The notes: generated by a model not told the origin, from the letters alone. A stretch of 64,000 nt of DNA from an uncultured Candidatus Saccharibacteria bacterium (GCA_964585475.1 CAZPDF010000002.1:1631-65630), one strand, 5' to 3'; positions 7,154 to 16,889 are shown, counted from the stretch's first letter. Made by a program: numbers and translations.

Positions 7154-8980
7154 ATGTGCGGTATAATCGGATATATCGGTAAACAAAACGCAGTAACGGT
7201 GGGCCTGGAGTGTTTGAAACAACTTGAATATCGCGGCTATGATTCTGCCGGTGCGGCTTTTTTTGATGGCGGGAAAATAATCTCGCAAAAAAGTGTAGGA
7301 CGGATCGCTAATCTTGAGGCGAAACTCGACCCGGCGGTTTCCTCCCCCGTTTCCATCCTGCATACCCGTTGGGCAACGCATGGCGAAGTGACGGAAGAGA
7401 ACGCCCATCCGCATGCGGATTGCACCGGTCGCGTGTGGCTCGTGCATAACGGCATCATAGAAAATTATAAAGATCTAAAGGAAAGACTTGCTACCACGGG
7501 ACACAAATTTAAATCGGAAACCGACACAGAGGTTCTGCCGCATCTTATTGAGGAGGAGTTGCAGTCACGCTCTTTGGAAGAGGCGGTACGTTTCGCTCTC
7601 CAAAAAGTTCGGGGAACTTACGGACTTGTTATTATGGATCGGGACGATCCGCAAAAACTAGTTGCCGCGCGTAACTTCAGCCCCCTGCTTTTGGGGATAG
7701 GCAACGGAGAATATTTTGTTGCCTCGGATGCGTCAGCGGTTTTGAAACATACGAAGCAGGTGATTTATCTGGATGACGGGGAGATGGCGGTCTTGACCCC
7801 CCGTGAACATAGGGTTTCCGATACCGGGGGGAACCTTCGGCATAAAAAGCCCCACGAAATTGAATGGTCGTTGGAGCAGACAAAAAAAGGCGGGTATCCG
7901 CACTTCATGCTTAAGGAAATTTTTGAGGAGCCGGAGGCGATTGAAAATTCAATACGCGGGCGCCTAGTTCCGGAGGAGGGCATGGCGAAACTCGGCGGTC
8001 TTCGCGAGGTGCTTGGGGATTTGAGAGACGCAAAGCGGGTTTTGATTGCCGGGTGCGGCACGGCCTATTACGCCGGCCGCGTCGGGGAATACATGCTTGA
8101 GGAGTATGCTGGAATTCCGGTTGAGGTTGACATTGCCTCCGAATTCCGATACAGGAAGCCGATATTCCGCGATGGAGATATTTTTCTTGCGATCTCACAA
8201 TCCGGAGAGACGGCCGATACCCTGGCGGCGTTGCGTGAAGCAAAAGAGAAAGGAGTTTTGGCTTTAGGAATTGTGAATGTGGTTGGCTCAACCCTGGCGC
8301 GTGAAACCGATGCTGGGGTATATCAGCATATAGGACCCGAGATCGGAGTCGCATCCACCAAGGCCTTTACCTCGCAGGTCGCGATCTTGGCTCTCATGAC
8401 TTTGTTGCTCGGCCGGTCAAGAGAAATGTCCGTTGTAATGGGCGAGAGAATTGCCCAGGAACTAAAAAAAATCCCCAAGCTCATGCAGAGGATTTTGAAG
8501 CAAGGCGATTCTATTAAAGAGCTTGCCCGGAAATACCAGAAATACGAAAATTTCTTGTACCTGGGCAGAAAATATAATCTCCCGGTTGCCTACGAGGGCG
8601 CGCTTAAATTAAAAGAAATTTCTTACGTTCACGCCGAGGGGTACGGGGCAGGGGAGATGAAGCATGGACCGATTGCCATGATCGATGAAAATTTCCCTTC
8701 GATTTGCATAGCTCCCCAAGATTCGGTTTACGAGAAAATGGTATCGAACATCGAGGAGATAAGAGCGCGCCGTGGCCCTGTGATGGCCATTGCCACCGAA
8801 GGCGATAAAAAAATAAGCGAAATTGCGGACGACGTAATTTATATTCCCAAAACCCTAGAAATGCTGACTCCGCTTTTGTCGGTGGTGCCTCTCCAGCTTT
8901 TTGCGTATCATTTTGGAGTTTTAAGAGGCCACGATGTTGATAAGCCTAGGAATTTAGCCAAGAGTGTGACTGTTGAATAG
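7154..8980 (+). CDS. glmS: glutamine--fructose-6-phosphate aminotransferase (isomerising)
   Basis: MCGIIGYIG N-terminal Cys nucleophile; two SIS domains; ...SQSGETADTL...; C-terminal KPRNLAKSVTVE. Confidence 0.95.
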   Translation: MCGIIGYIGKQNAVTVGLECLKQLEYRGYDSAGAAFFDGGKIISQKSVGRIANLEAKLDPAVSSPVSILHTRWATHGEVTEENAHPHADCTGRVWLVHNGIIENYKDLKERLATTGHKFKSETDTEVLPHLIEEELQSRSLEEAVRFALQKVRGTYGLVIMDRDDPQKLVAARNFSPLLLGIGNGEYFVASDASAVLKHTKQVIYLDDGEMAVLTPREHRVSDTGGNLRHKKPHEIEWSLEQTKKGGYPHFMLKEIFEEPEAIENSIRGRLVPEEGMAKLGGLREVLGDLRDAKRVLIAGCGTAYYAGRVGEYMLEEYAGIPVEVDIASEFRYRKPIFRDGDIFLAISQSGETADTLAALREAKEKGVLALGIVNVVGSTLARETDAGVYQHIGPEIGVASTKAFTSQVAILALMTLLLGRSREMSVVMGERIAQELKKIPKLMQRILKQGDSIKELARKYQKYENFLYLGRKYNLPVAYEGALKLKEISYVHAEGYGAGEMKHGPIAMIDENFPSICIAPQDSVYEKMVSNIEEIRARRGPVMAIATEGDKKISEIADDVIYIPKTLEMLTPLLSVVPLQLFAYHFGVLRGHDVDKPRNLAKSVTVE

Positions 8981-8994
8981 GGGTATGACGCTTG

Positions 8995-9121
8995 CCCCGT
9001 CACTAAATTTTGACTTTTGTTATGCTACCCCGAATAAGCCGGCGAGATGGACACCGCAACGGGTTAAATTATAGATTGCCTCGTTGTGTAGAATGGCAGC
9101 AGTCAAAATTTTAGTGCGGGG
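8995..9121. repeat. MITE-like palindromic element, CCCCGCAC-TIR family
   Basis: 5' arm ccccgtcactaaattttgac and 3' arm gtcaaaattttagtgcgggg are near-perfect reverse complements about 90 bp apart; followed by hairpin gcggggtggataaaccccgc. Confidence 0.55.
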
Positions 9122-9202
9122 TGGATAAACCCCGCAACCTTGCAAAAAGCGTGACGGTGGAGTAGAATTATCAGGAAGGTTTAAGATAGCGAGGAATTAC
9201 AG

Positions 9203-9424
9203 ATGAGATTATTTTGGCTAGTTTTGGGCGGTGTTTATTTCGGATCTAACGCTCTTTACACTTTGAAGCGTTATCGTGAAGAAGGCGGACTGACGCTAAA
9301 ACAGATTGGTATTGGATTATTGGCCGGCATCCCTGTTTTGATCGGCGCAATTCTATTAGTTTGGGGGCTGCCGACGGTTATGCCGGAAACATTCCGCGTA
9401 GGCGGAGATCAAATCGAAGATTAG
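9203..9424 (+). CDS. hypothetical small membrane protein
   Basis: 73-aa ORF with two hydrophobic helices; weak RBS. Confidence 0.35.
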   Translation: MRLFWLVLGGVYFGSNALYTLKRYREEGGLTLKQIGIGLLAGIPVLIGAILLVWGLPTVMPETFRVGGDQIED

Positions 9425-9475
9425 ATATCCCTGCACTGATCCATTCAGGCGGGATTTTTTTGGAACAAAAAAGCC

Positions 9476-10432
9476 CTATTTGGTAGGGCTTTTGTATTTT
9501 TTCTCGAGTGCGTCAAGATAATTTTTGAGATCACCCGAGTTGCGCGGCATTTTTTTCAAATCCGCGATCAGTATTTTCAGGTCTCCTGCGCTATTGAGCA
9601 TCCGGACGATGCGGCCGAAGTTTGTATAATATGCAAGATCATGGCTTATTTTTGCTTCGAGCACCCAATCGGGGTGTTGGTCTTTTGTTTGATCGTCATA
9701 ATCTCGTGCGTAGGTGGGATATGAGGCAATGAGCTTTCTTGCTCGTTTTCTTGCTTCGTCAAGGGGAAACTTCCGGAAAATTTCCTCTGCTTTTTTTCGG
9801 AAGGCGTTAAGCTCATCCGACATGGTCAATGTCTGGCTGATCCAATCTGACATTTCCCTTGAATTACCATAGTCATTTTTGTGTCTGAAAAATTCAGCCG
9901 CCGCAAGGTATCCGAGCGGCAAAATAATACCTTCATCCATCTGGTCGTCAGTCCGCATGTTATCGTGAAGATCTTCGTGTAGAACTGATTCTACTTTATG
10001 CGCAAGTGACCGCTTGGCAACGGAAGGGGCAATGACCATGGGGTCTTTTTCGCTTGCATAGACATACTCCTTTCTCATGTAGTAGGAATAGCGTTCGCCG
10101 CGCACAGTATAATATACGCCGAAGGATTTAATTGTTATTTCCTCTGTGGTTTCTAGTTTTATATTAACGACCATATCATAGCCAGGCGTTATCGTGCCTA
10201 GCTTCTTCAGATACATGCCAAGGAGCGGGCGGTGAGGTTTGTCAAGAGTACTTTTCGTAAACGCTTCAGTTGGCTCAATCCCCAAAGTTTTTCCGAATGC
10301 TTTCACTTCTTTGGCAAGCGTGACCGTTTCCTGCAGGAGTTCCTTCTCGGTTTTTTCTCCCGCGAATGTTAATGTAAAGGAACATACAATAACGAGGAAG
10401 AGAGCAATACCTGCCGTAAAGGATTTCTTCAT
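9476..10432 (-). CDS. secreted hypothetical protein (signal peptide; HEDLH motif)
   Basis: Start MKKSFTAGIALFLVIVCSFTLTFAG preceded by GGAGGA RBS; contains HEDLH (HExxH-like) of uncertain significance. Confidence 0.5.
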   Translation of the reverse strand: MKKSFTAGIALFLVIVCSFTLTFAGEKTEKELLQETVTLAKEVKAFGKTLGIEPTEAFTKSTLDKPHRPLLGMYLKKLGTITPGYDMVVNIKLETTEEITIKSFGVYYTVRGERYSYYMRKEYVYASEKDPMVIAPSVAKRSLAHKVESVLHEDLHDNMRTDDQMDEGIILPLGYLAAAEFFRHKNDYGNSREMSDWISQTLTMSDELNAFRKKAEEIFRKFPLDEARKRARKLIASYPTYARDYDDQTKDQHPDWVLEAKISHDLAYYTNFGRIVRMLNSAGDLKILIADLKKMPRNSGDLKNYLDALEKKYKSPTK

Positions 10433-10546
10433 CCGTCTCCTCCGAATGTTTCCGTAATTTGTATCACTAATAGCATAAAAAGTCAAACGTCCCTTAAAAA
10501 TTAAATCCCGTTACGGTTTTTGTAATTGGGAGGGCTTTTTTATGGA

Positions 10547-11086
10547 TTATTTGGTTTTGCTTTTATAAAACTTTAGTGCCTTGATAAATGGTAAAGCGTA
10601 TCGTTTCGGATGAAGGCGTGCGTCTCTCGAGACATCGCTTATAGTAACGAACCGGGTTGCGATGATTTCGCTCCGATGAGGACGCACTTTTTCTGCGTGT
10701 GTGGAAAAGAGGCGATGGATCACTTTGCCGTGCTTTTTAGTTTGGACGTCAAATCTGCCAAGCTCTTTAACGGGTGAAACGATCCTAAGTTCTTCTCGTA
10801 ATTCTCGTCGCGCGGCGGCACGGTAAGTTTCTCCTGCTTCGACTTTTCCTCCTGCCGAGGAAGTGATAAGTCCTGGATAGCTATTTGTCCAAGGGGGGCG
10901 TTTGCAAATAAGTAGTTCCCCCCTCGCGTTAAAAACCAAAATGTGGACGACGCGCCGCCACAACCCGAGTTTTTTTGCATCTTCTCGAAAGCCTAGTCGA
11001 ACTAACTTATCGTTTTCGTCAACGAGATCATAGGGTTTTCTTTTTTTTAGAAACTTCTTTGTTGTCAGCGGTGTTTTAGTTGGCAT
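10547..11086 (-). CDS. NUDIX hydrolase
   Basis: Nudix box GGKVEAGETYRAAARRELREELR. Confidence 0.8.
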   Translation of the reverse strand: MPTKTPLTTKKFLKKRKPYDLVDENDKLVRLGFREDAKKLGLWRRVVHILVFNARGELLICKRPPWTNSYPGLITSSAGGKVEAGETYRAAARRELREELRIVSPVKELGRFDVQTKKHGKVIHRLFSTHAEKVRPHRSEIIATRFVTISDVSRDARLHPKRYALPFIKALKFYKSKTK

Positions 11087-11786
11087 GGAAGACTCGGAGC
11101 CACCTTTAATTTATAAAGAGTTGCGCGCTAAGTGGAATGCGGCGGTGCAAGAGGCGTGTTTCGCGTTAGGCTATCGGGGAAGCCCTAGCTCGGTTCGGCT
11201 GCTTGAGAAATTTTCTCATACTCGGTTAAGAAAAGCGAATCGTTATATTGTTTCCGGCATTTCGGGTTCCGGGAAGACCACGTTCGGCAAACTGCTGGAA
11301 TATATGTCCTTTAGAAAGTTACCGACAGCGGTAGTTCGTTCCCCTCGACCCGGCGAAATACAGGGACTGGACTATATTTTTCTTGATGAATACACCTTCG
11401 AACGCTGGAGAGATAGAAACATGTTCTCCTTTTATCATAAAACCAACGGAGTTTCACATGGGTTTCTCCGCTCGCATCTCCGGGACTTGAAAGGACAGAG
11501 CGGGAGGTTTTATCTCGATAAAAGCATTCGATCCGTTTCTTGGCTCTTTCCGCGTATTCGGGAGCGGTGCACGTTGATTTACCTGTTGCCCCCCACCTTT
11601 GATGAATTATATTTTCGAATAAAGAAGCGGGAGCGCTTGCGGCAGCATGCGGGACTGGCCGACGAAGAAATTGTCGGCAGATTTCGGGAGGAGATAGAAG
11701 AATTTAGACAGAGCGTCTCTCTGCCCTATGCATATTTCGTCAATGATGATATAAAGACGTTGTTGAACCTTATGTCTTGTGTATAA
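11085..11786 (+). CDS. P-loop nucleoside monophosphate kinase, guanylate-kinase-like
   Basis: Walker A GISGSGKTT; TAVVRSPRPGEIQGLDYIFLDEYTFE resembles the Gmk TTRxPRxGExxGxDYxFV motif. Confidence 0.5.
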   Translation: MEDSEPPLIYKELRAKWNAAVQEACFALGYRGSPSSVRLLEKFSHTRLRKANRYIVSGISGSGKTTFGKLLEYMSFRKLPTAVVRSPRPGEIQGLDYIFLDEYTFERWRDRNMFSFYHKTNGVSHGFLRSHLRDLKGQSGRFYLDKSIRSVSWLFPRIRERCTLIYLLPPTFDELYFRIKKRERLRQHAGLADEEIVGRFREEIEEFRQSVSLPYAYFVNDDIKTLLNLMSCV

Positions 11787-11823
11787 AAAGCCCGCCTTCA
11801 CTTTTGTAATGGGGCGGGTTTTT
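11784..11823. terminator. bidirectional rho-independent terminator
   Basis: aaaagcccgcc-ttcacttttgtaatg-gggcgggtttttt. Confidence 0.7.
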
Positions 11824-12025
11824 TGATTTGGAGATAGACCTGTATTCCAAAAATCCACACAACGGTTATTCCAGAAAGCCCGAGTATTAGTCCTAGGGGA
11901 GGATTTTGCTGCCGAAGCGGCGGAACCGTAAGTTCAATGAAAGCGATGAAAAATCCCCAGCCAATAGTGGACCACGCTCCGCAGAGCAGTGCAAGAGATA
12001 GGGCGCGCCAGATTTTTCCAATCAT
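11798..12025 (-). CDS. hypothetical small membrane protein (doubtful)
   Basis: 75-aa hydrophobic ORF; its 3' end overlaps the terminator hairpin, which lowers confidence. Confidence 0.25.
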   Translation of the reverse strand: MIGKIWRALSLALLCGAWSTIGWGFFIAFIELTVPPLRQQNPPLGLILGLSGITVVWIFGIQVYLQIKKPAPLQK

Positions 12026-12897
12026 CTTTCTGCCCCCGTTATTCTTAGAAGTGTTTCCAGTCCACCTTCTCCATAATCTCTGAAAAATTCGCCAGGCTCT
12101 TTATTGTCAAGATTCGGATGCGGAGTTTGCAGCCACTCTCCATAATCCCCCAAATAAAGTTTTAGCGCATTAAACCACTTTTTCATTACTTCGGGGTCAA
12201 CCGGCTTTTTGGTCCAAAGCCAAAGCCAGTGGTGCGGAGACTTGAAGGAGCAATTTTCTTTCCAGACGGTTTTGGCCCGGCCGTTATGTATTTCCTCAAA
12301 CACAAAAGAGTGCTGCGGAATAGGACCTTTCGCTGATACGCGCGTGCGAGAGGTTATAAAGCACTCGTCCCCAATAGTAACGGGGGAGATAAAGTCTACG
12401 AAGGTTCCCACAAAACATCTTTTTCCGATGGTAGTTTTTTGCTTCTTGAGGCCGTCCCAGTTGGAAGTTCCGGTGCCGTGTCCGATATTCGTATCATCCC
12501 CCATAACCGCATCGGCCAGGTAACATTCATGCGGAATCCGCACGCGGTCTCCAACTATGCATCGTTTGAGTTTTGCCCCATCGGTGATGTGCGTATCATT
12601 TCCGATTTTGCAGTCGGTGATGATTACGAGCGGCCCCAGTACGCAGTTATTTCCGGTCACAGTTTCCCCTCTTATAAATGTACTGGGGTGAACTACGGTT
12701 CCCTGGCCGCCGAGGGGCGTTTGGGGATCTATATAGGTATTTAGCGGATCGACAAAAGTTATTCCAGTTCCGCGTATGATCCTCTGTAAGTTAGCTTTTT
12801 GCCACCAAACCGCATTGGGTACGCGCTTCAAGCTTCTCTCCTTTGGAAACGAACTATTTTCTAGATCGGTTATACCATATAGAATGAAGAGTATCAA
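12022..12897 (-). CDS. left-handed beta-helix (hexapeptide-repeat) acyltransferase, GlmU C-terminal-domain-like, with Trp-rich C-terminal extension
   Basis: NWDGLKKQKTTIGKRCFVGTFVDFISPVTIGDECFITSRTRV aligns with GlmU [31 protein letters not shown]; start codon uncertain. Confidence 0.6.
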   Translation of the reverse strand: MILFILYGITDLENSSFPKERSLKRVPNAVWWQKANLQRIIRGTGITFVDPLNTYIDPQTPLGGQGTVVHPSTFIRGETVTGNNCVLGPLVIITDCKIGNDTHITDGAKLKRCIVGDRVRIPHECYLADAVMGDDTNIGHGTGTSNWDGLKKQKTTIGKRCFVGTFVDFISPVTIGDECFITSRTRVSAKGPIPQHSFVFEEIHNGRAKTVWKENCSFKSPHHWLWLWTKKPVDPEVMKKWFNALKLYLGDYGEWLQTPHPNLDNKEPGEFFRDYGEGGLETLLRITGAER

Positions 12898-12902
12898 ACG
12901 CC

Positions 12903-13556
12903 ATGTTTAAGTTATCCAGAGCGCAACTTATCCGATGCCGGGGGATAATTGTCTGGGATTTTGACGGGGTTCTTTTCGAAACCAAACGGCAGAGCATGGA
13001 ATACAGAAGACTGTTGGGAGCGATCGGTATTACAGAGGAAGCGATTGTGGTGGCGCTAAAGCGCTTAGAAAAAAAGAATCGCCTCTTTTCGATAACCGGT
13101 TTTATAGAGGAACTAAACCATAAAGGAAAGCTTTTCCCGGCCGCTATGATACGGAAAATCTTTCACAATAATCTTGTAGTCAATACCTATTATGACTCGA
13201 AAGTAGATGCTATGCTCCACAGACTTAAGAGAAGGGGGTTCATACAATTAATATTGAGTCTTGGCAACGCACAATGGCAGCGAAAGAAAATGTTTGTTGG
13301 CTGCGGTTCCTCCTTCCCGAGACACTTTGCTAGAATTTATACGACCAGGAGACCGAAACACTTTATTTTATCCCAAATAAAAAAACGTTTCCCTGATAAA
13401 CCCGTAATTTTTGTTGATGATACAGAAGAAAATCTTAATTTGGCCAAGAAGCACGTTCCCGAACTGATAACCGTGTATTATTCAAATATAAATGGCCACT
13501 CGCTCGATTCGCTCGAGAAGCGAATTATTAGCTATGTCAAACAAACCGGGAAATAA
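12903..13556 (+). CDS. HAD-superfamily hydrolase
   Basis: Motif I IVWDFDGVLF (DxDGxL); C-terminal FVDDTEEN motif. Confidence 0.55.
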   Translation: MFKLSRAQLIRCRGIIVWDFDGVLFETKRQSMEYRRLLGAIGITEEAIVVALKRLEKKNRLFSITGFIEELNHKGKLFPAAMIRKIFHNNLVVNTYYDSKVDAMLHRLKRRGFIQLILSLGNAQWQRKKMFVGCGSSFPRHFARIYTTRRPKHFILSQIKKRFPDKPVIFVDDTEENLNLAKKHVPELITVYYSNINGHSLDSLEKRIISYVKQTGK

Positions 13557-14493
13557 AACTCCCAGAATTGTCGTTATCGGCGGCGGCACCGGCGTTTTTA
13601 CCGTCCTCTCGGGACTAAGGAAATACCCGCTTGATTTGACGGCGGTAATATCTATGGCGGACGACGGCGGATCCACCGGCGTTCTTCGCGAAGAATTTGG
13701 GATTTTGCCTCCGGGGGATGTTCGCCGGGTTTTGGTTGCGATGTCCCATTCGGATGACCGGATGTTAAGCGACCTTTTCAATTATCGGTTCGACGAGGGC
13801 GGATTTAAGGGTCATACTTTCGGAAATATAATGCTGACGGCGCTTGAGCGGCTCACCGGAAGTTTTGAAGAGGCCGTAAGCGAGGCGGCGCGTATCCTCG
13901 GAGTCCATGGAAATGTCTTGCCGGTAACGCTTGATAACGTGCGGCTTTGCGCGAAACTTGAGGACGGCTCAATCATCCGGGGAGAAACAAATATCGACAT
14001 CCCGAAACACGATGGTCGCCTGAAGATTGATCGCCTCTGGCTTGATCCCCGCGCCTGGATCAGCCGAAGCGCTAAAGAGGCGATTTTATCCGCAGACATG
14101 ATTGTAATCGGCCCCGGCGATCTTTATACGAGCATTCTTCCAAACCTTATTGTTCGCGGCGTGGCGGATGCAATTGGAAAAGTGCGCGCCAAAAAAGTTT
14201 TGGTGATTAACCTTATGACCAAGTGGGGCGAGACAAATGGATTCAAGGCCGAGGATTTTATAAAAGCCGTTGAAAAATATCTGGGCAGAAAGGTGCTGGA
14301 TTACGCTATTATCAATACCAAACAACCTTCACCCCAGCGGAGAGTCCATTATGAGAAGGAATCTTCCGAATTTGTGGTGGCGGGAGATATGCCTAAGAGG
14401 CCGGTACCTATCTTTGGAGACTTTATCCGTCGTCGCGGTTTTGTGCGCCACGATCCGGAGCGTCTGGCAGAAGTGCTCGTCTCTCTTTTATGA
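13534..14493 (+). CDS. yvcK: YvcK/CofD-like gluconeogenesis factor family (UPF0052)
   Basis: RIVVIGGGTGVFTVLSGL...AVISMADDGGSTGVLR signature; internal start MSNKPGNK chosen. Confidence 0.7.
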   Translation: MSNKPGNKTPRIVVIGGGTGVFTVLSGLRKYPLDLTAVISMADDGGSTGVLREEFGILPPGDVRRVLVAMSHSDDRMLSDLFNYRFDEGGFKGHTFGNIMLTALERLTGSFEEAVSEAARILGVHGNVLPVTLDNVRLCAKLEDGSIIRGETNIDIPKHDGRLKIDRLWLDPRAWISRSAKEAILSADMIVIGPGDLYTSILPNLIVRGVADAIGKVRAKKVLVINLMTKWGETNGFKAEDFIKAVEKYLGRKVLDYAIINTKQPSPQRRVHYEKESSEFVVAGDMPKRPVPIFGDFIRRRGFVRHDPERLAEVLVSLL

Positions 14494-15233
14494 CCACAAT
14501 GAAATTAACGCAAAATTCTTTAAAAAAAATTCTCTCGCTGGCGGAGAAAATTTTGCGTTCCGGAGGAATCCTGATTTGCCCCACCGATACGGTTTACGGT
14601 ATTTTGGGGGATGCGACTAACCGTGACGCGATAAAGAAAATTTTTGCGCTAAAAACGCGCTCCGCGGAAAAGAAGTTTCCGATTTTTGTGAAAGACATTC
14701 CGACGGCGCGGAAGTTCGCGTATATAGCGGATGCCAAGGCGAAGTTTCTGGAGAAAGTGTGGCTCGCCCCGTTAGAGACAGCCCGCCCCGAAGGCCCTTC
14801 GGGCGCGCAAGCGCGGGCGAGGTCTCTAACGGGGCCAGGGCCCCTCACGGTCGTGTTACATCACAAAGAGAAATTACCTAAAATTTTGACCCCGCACCAG
14901 AGCAAGCTCGGTGCGGGGCAGGCCGGTGGTCTAGGCACCATCGGTATTCGTATCCCGAATCATCCTTTTCTTTTAGAACTTTTGTCCCGTTTAGATTTTC
15001 CGCTGGTTCAGACCTCGGCAAATATTTCCGGAAAGCCCCCGGCAAAAAATATAAAAGAAATTAAGGAATATTTTGGGAAAGAAAGACTAAAACCCGAATT
15101 AATAATTGACGGTGGTCAAATTGATGGAACGCAATCAACGGTTATAGATTTTACAGGCAATGAGCCGATTCTTTTGCGAACCGGCGCGATTTCAAAATTA
15201 GAACTAGACCGATTGCTGAGTGGGCTTGATTAA
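14490..15233 (+). CDS. tsaC: L-threonylcarbamoyladenylate synthase (YrdC/Sua5 family), with in-frame palindromic insertion
   Basis: ILICPTDTVYGILGDA...GIRIPNHPF...VQTSANISGKPPA; insertion at 14767-14834. Confidence 0.8.
   Translation: MTTMKLTQNSLKKILSLAEKILRSGGILICPTDTVYGILGDATNRDAIKKIFALKTRSAEKKFPIFVKDIPTARKFAYIADAKAKFLEKVWLAPLETARPEGPSGAQARARSLTGPGPLTVVLHHKEKLPKILTPHQSKLGAGQAGGLGTIGIRIPNHPFLLELLSRLDFPLVQTSANISGKPPAKNIKEIKEYFGKERLKPELIIDGGQIDGTQSTVIDFTGNEPILLRTGAISKLELDRLLSGLD
14767..14834. repeat. In-frame palindromic element inside tsaC
   Basis: ccccgttagagac-agcccgccccgaaggcccttcgggcgcgcaagcgcgggcga-ggtctctaacgggg has 13-bp perfect terminal IRs plus internal hairpins. It encodes PLETARPEGPSGAQARARSLTGP, an Ala/Arg/Pro low-complexity loop. 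Confidence 0.7.
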
Positions 15234-15303
15234 GTCCTCCGGCTGTTTAGTGGATAAACACGCTTGTTTTATAGATGGCGGCTACGATAGTATTGGAATT
15301 ACT

Positions 15304-15987
15304 ATGCTACTATCTCGCGACGCTATCCTAAGACATTTTAAGGAGGGCAATATTGTCATTGACCCTTTTAACGAGCGGAAGTTAAGGACCACAAGCTATG
15401 ATGTAACGCTCGGGGAGTGGTTTTGGCGCGAGGGGCATCCGGAAGGACGGGCAACCCTCCACAATCTTTACGACGAAACTTCCACCAAACTGGTTTGGCA
15501 GGGGCCGCATCAGGCCGAGAAGGCGAGGGACGTGTCGGAACGCCTCGGCATGTCCTTGATAAACGTAAGGTCCGATGAAAAGATTATTCTGCTCCGGCCC
15601 GGGGAGACCGTGCTTGCCCATACGGACGAATTTATAGGGGGCCGCAACCGGGTGGTTTCCAAAATGTATGCTCGATCCTCGCTTGGCAGGAATTTCATCG
15701 AGGTTTGTAAAGACGCGGGGTGGGGAGATGTCGGATATTTCAATCGCTGGACCATGGAGGTGACGAATAATTCGCAGTATTTCACGATTCCCTTGGTGGT
15801 GGGACGCCGTATCGGACAGATGGTGTTTTACGAAGTTGAGCCAATTAAGGGCGCGCCGGATTACGTCAAGGATAAGGATAGCGGTAAGTATCAGCGTTCG
15901 CAGGACGTTGAGGAATTGAAAAAAACCTGGGACCCGGAGATGATGATACCGAGAATGCATTTGGATTGGGAGGTTCGCTCGGTATAG
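15304..15987 (+). CDS. dcd: dCTP deaminase / dUTPase-superfamily protein
   Basis: MLLSRDAILRHFKEGNIVIDPF matches the dCTP deaminase N-terminus MILSDRDI...I.I.PF; internal ATG chosen. Confidence 0.65.
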   Translation: MLLSRDAILRHFKEGNIVIDPFNERKLRTTSYDVTLGEWFWREGHPEGRATLHNLYDETSTKLVWQGPHQAEKARDVSERLGMSLINVRSDEKIILLRPGETVLAHTDEFIGGRNRVVSKMYARSSLGRNFIEVCKDAGWGDVGYFNRWTMEVTNNSQYFTIPLVVGRRIGQMVFYEVEPIKGAPDYVKDKDSGKYQRSQDVEELKKTWDPEMMIPRMHLDWEVRSV

Positions 15988-15994
15988 CGGTCCT

Positions 15995-16124
15995 CAGTAT
16001 TTTGCTTTTTAGACAAGGCTTCGGCCGCTCCAGCGGCGGCCTGCAGGGTCGGCGAGGCCCTCGCGCTCTGCGCGAGACCAAGCTACCTCGCCTCCCATTG
16101 TCTCAAAAGCAAAACACTTCGACC
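15995..16124. repeat. About 130-bp structured repeat, family B (GTATTTTGYTTT...CGCTCCAGCGGCG...CCCATTGTYTC.AAARCAAAAYAC.TCGACC), copy 1
   Basis: Near-identical architecture and conserved blocks shared with 62259-62392; terminal IR agtattttgctttttagacaa / ttgtctcaaaagcaaaaca; sits immediately after the dcd stop. Confidence 0.65.
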
Positions 16125-16277
16125 GCCTATGTCTCGCTTGTAGCATGTTATCGAACGATTTATTTTTATCGAGGGCGTGCCTCGATATTTTTTGTCTTGC
16201 CTCTTTATGCTTAGAATGTTATTGTGATCGAGGATCGTTGAAAGAGGGAGGACGCACTGAGGCGCTACCTTCTCGCC

Positions 16278-16889
16278 GTGATAATTTCCTCTATTTTAGG
16301 CACCTTCTGGCACAATCAGTCTTTCGGACAGCTGATTGAAATTGATGGTAAGAATTATCAGTTTTCTCAAATCTATTCTCAAAATATCCTTGAACGCCTT
16401 GGCGACAAAGGAAAAGTCACACAAGTAAGAAATCCGTTTGACAAGAAATCTGTGAAAATGGTTTTTGTGCCGGGATGGACGTGGAGGGAAACATATCGAT
16501 ATACCCTTGCCCAAAAAGTATGGCCACTTTATAGAATGGATTTTACGTTTAGTATTGCTAGTGATAATGATCCATTTTATATTCTTAAGGCCGGTCTCAT
16601 GGCTTCAGAAAAAACCCCATACGGGATTATACGTTTTGAGATTCATAACGTAAGTTATAAACGCCACGAGAATCTTACTGCGCTTAAACAGGTTTTTGAT
16701 GTCGTGGTCAGTGCCACGGAGGAACAAAAGCGAAAAAGGCAGCATGAGCTCGTATGCGTTGAGATGACGGGGGAGCTCTATTTAAGCTCGACTGTTCAAC
16801 GAAAAGACTATGTCCGGGATCTTAAGAACGCGAGCGTCACATTTATTTTTGCGCCGCAATCGGCCAAGATTGTTTCTTGTACCCAGTAA
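16278..16889 (+). CDS. hypothetical protein (possible N-terminal signal peptide; start uncertain, CTG 16257 or GTG 16278)
   Basis: ORF with AAAGAGGGAGGA RBS at 16241-16252; followed by a terminator. Confidence 0.4.
   Translation: MIISSILGTFWHNQSFGQLIEIDGKNYQFSQIYSQNILERLGDKGKVTQVRNPFDKKSVKMVFVPGWTWRETYRYTLAQKVWPLYRMDFTFSIASDNDPFYILKAGLMASEKTPYGIIRFEIHNVSYKRHENLTALKQVFDVVVSATEEQKRKRQHELVCVEMTGELYLSSTVQRKDYVRDLKNASVTFIFAPQSAKIVSCTQ

Noticed and set aside
12898-12902. Zero-length divergent spacer between the LbH acyltransferase (start 12897) and the HAD gene (start 12903)
   Set aside because: Not a feature in itself; it signals that at least one of the two annotated start codons is probably internal. 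Left as called with reduced confidence.
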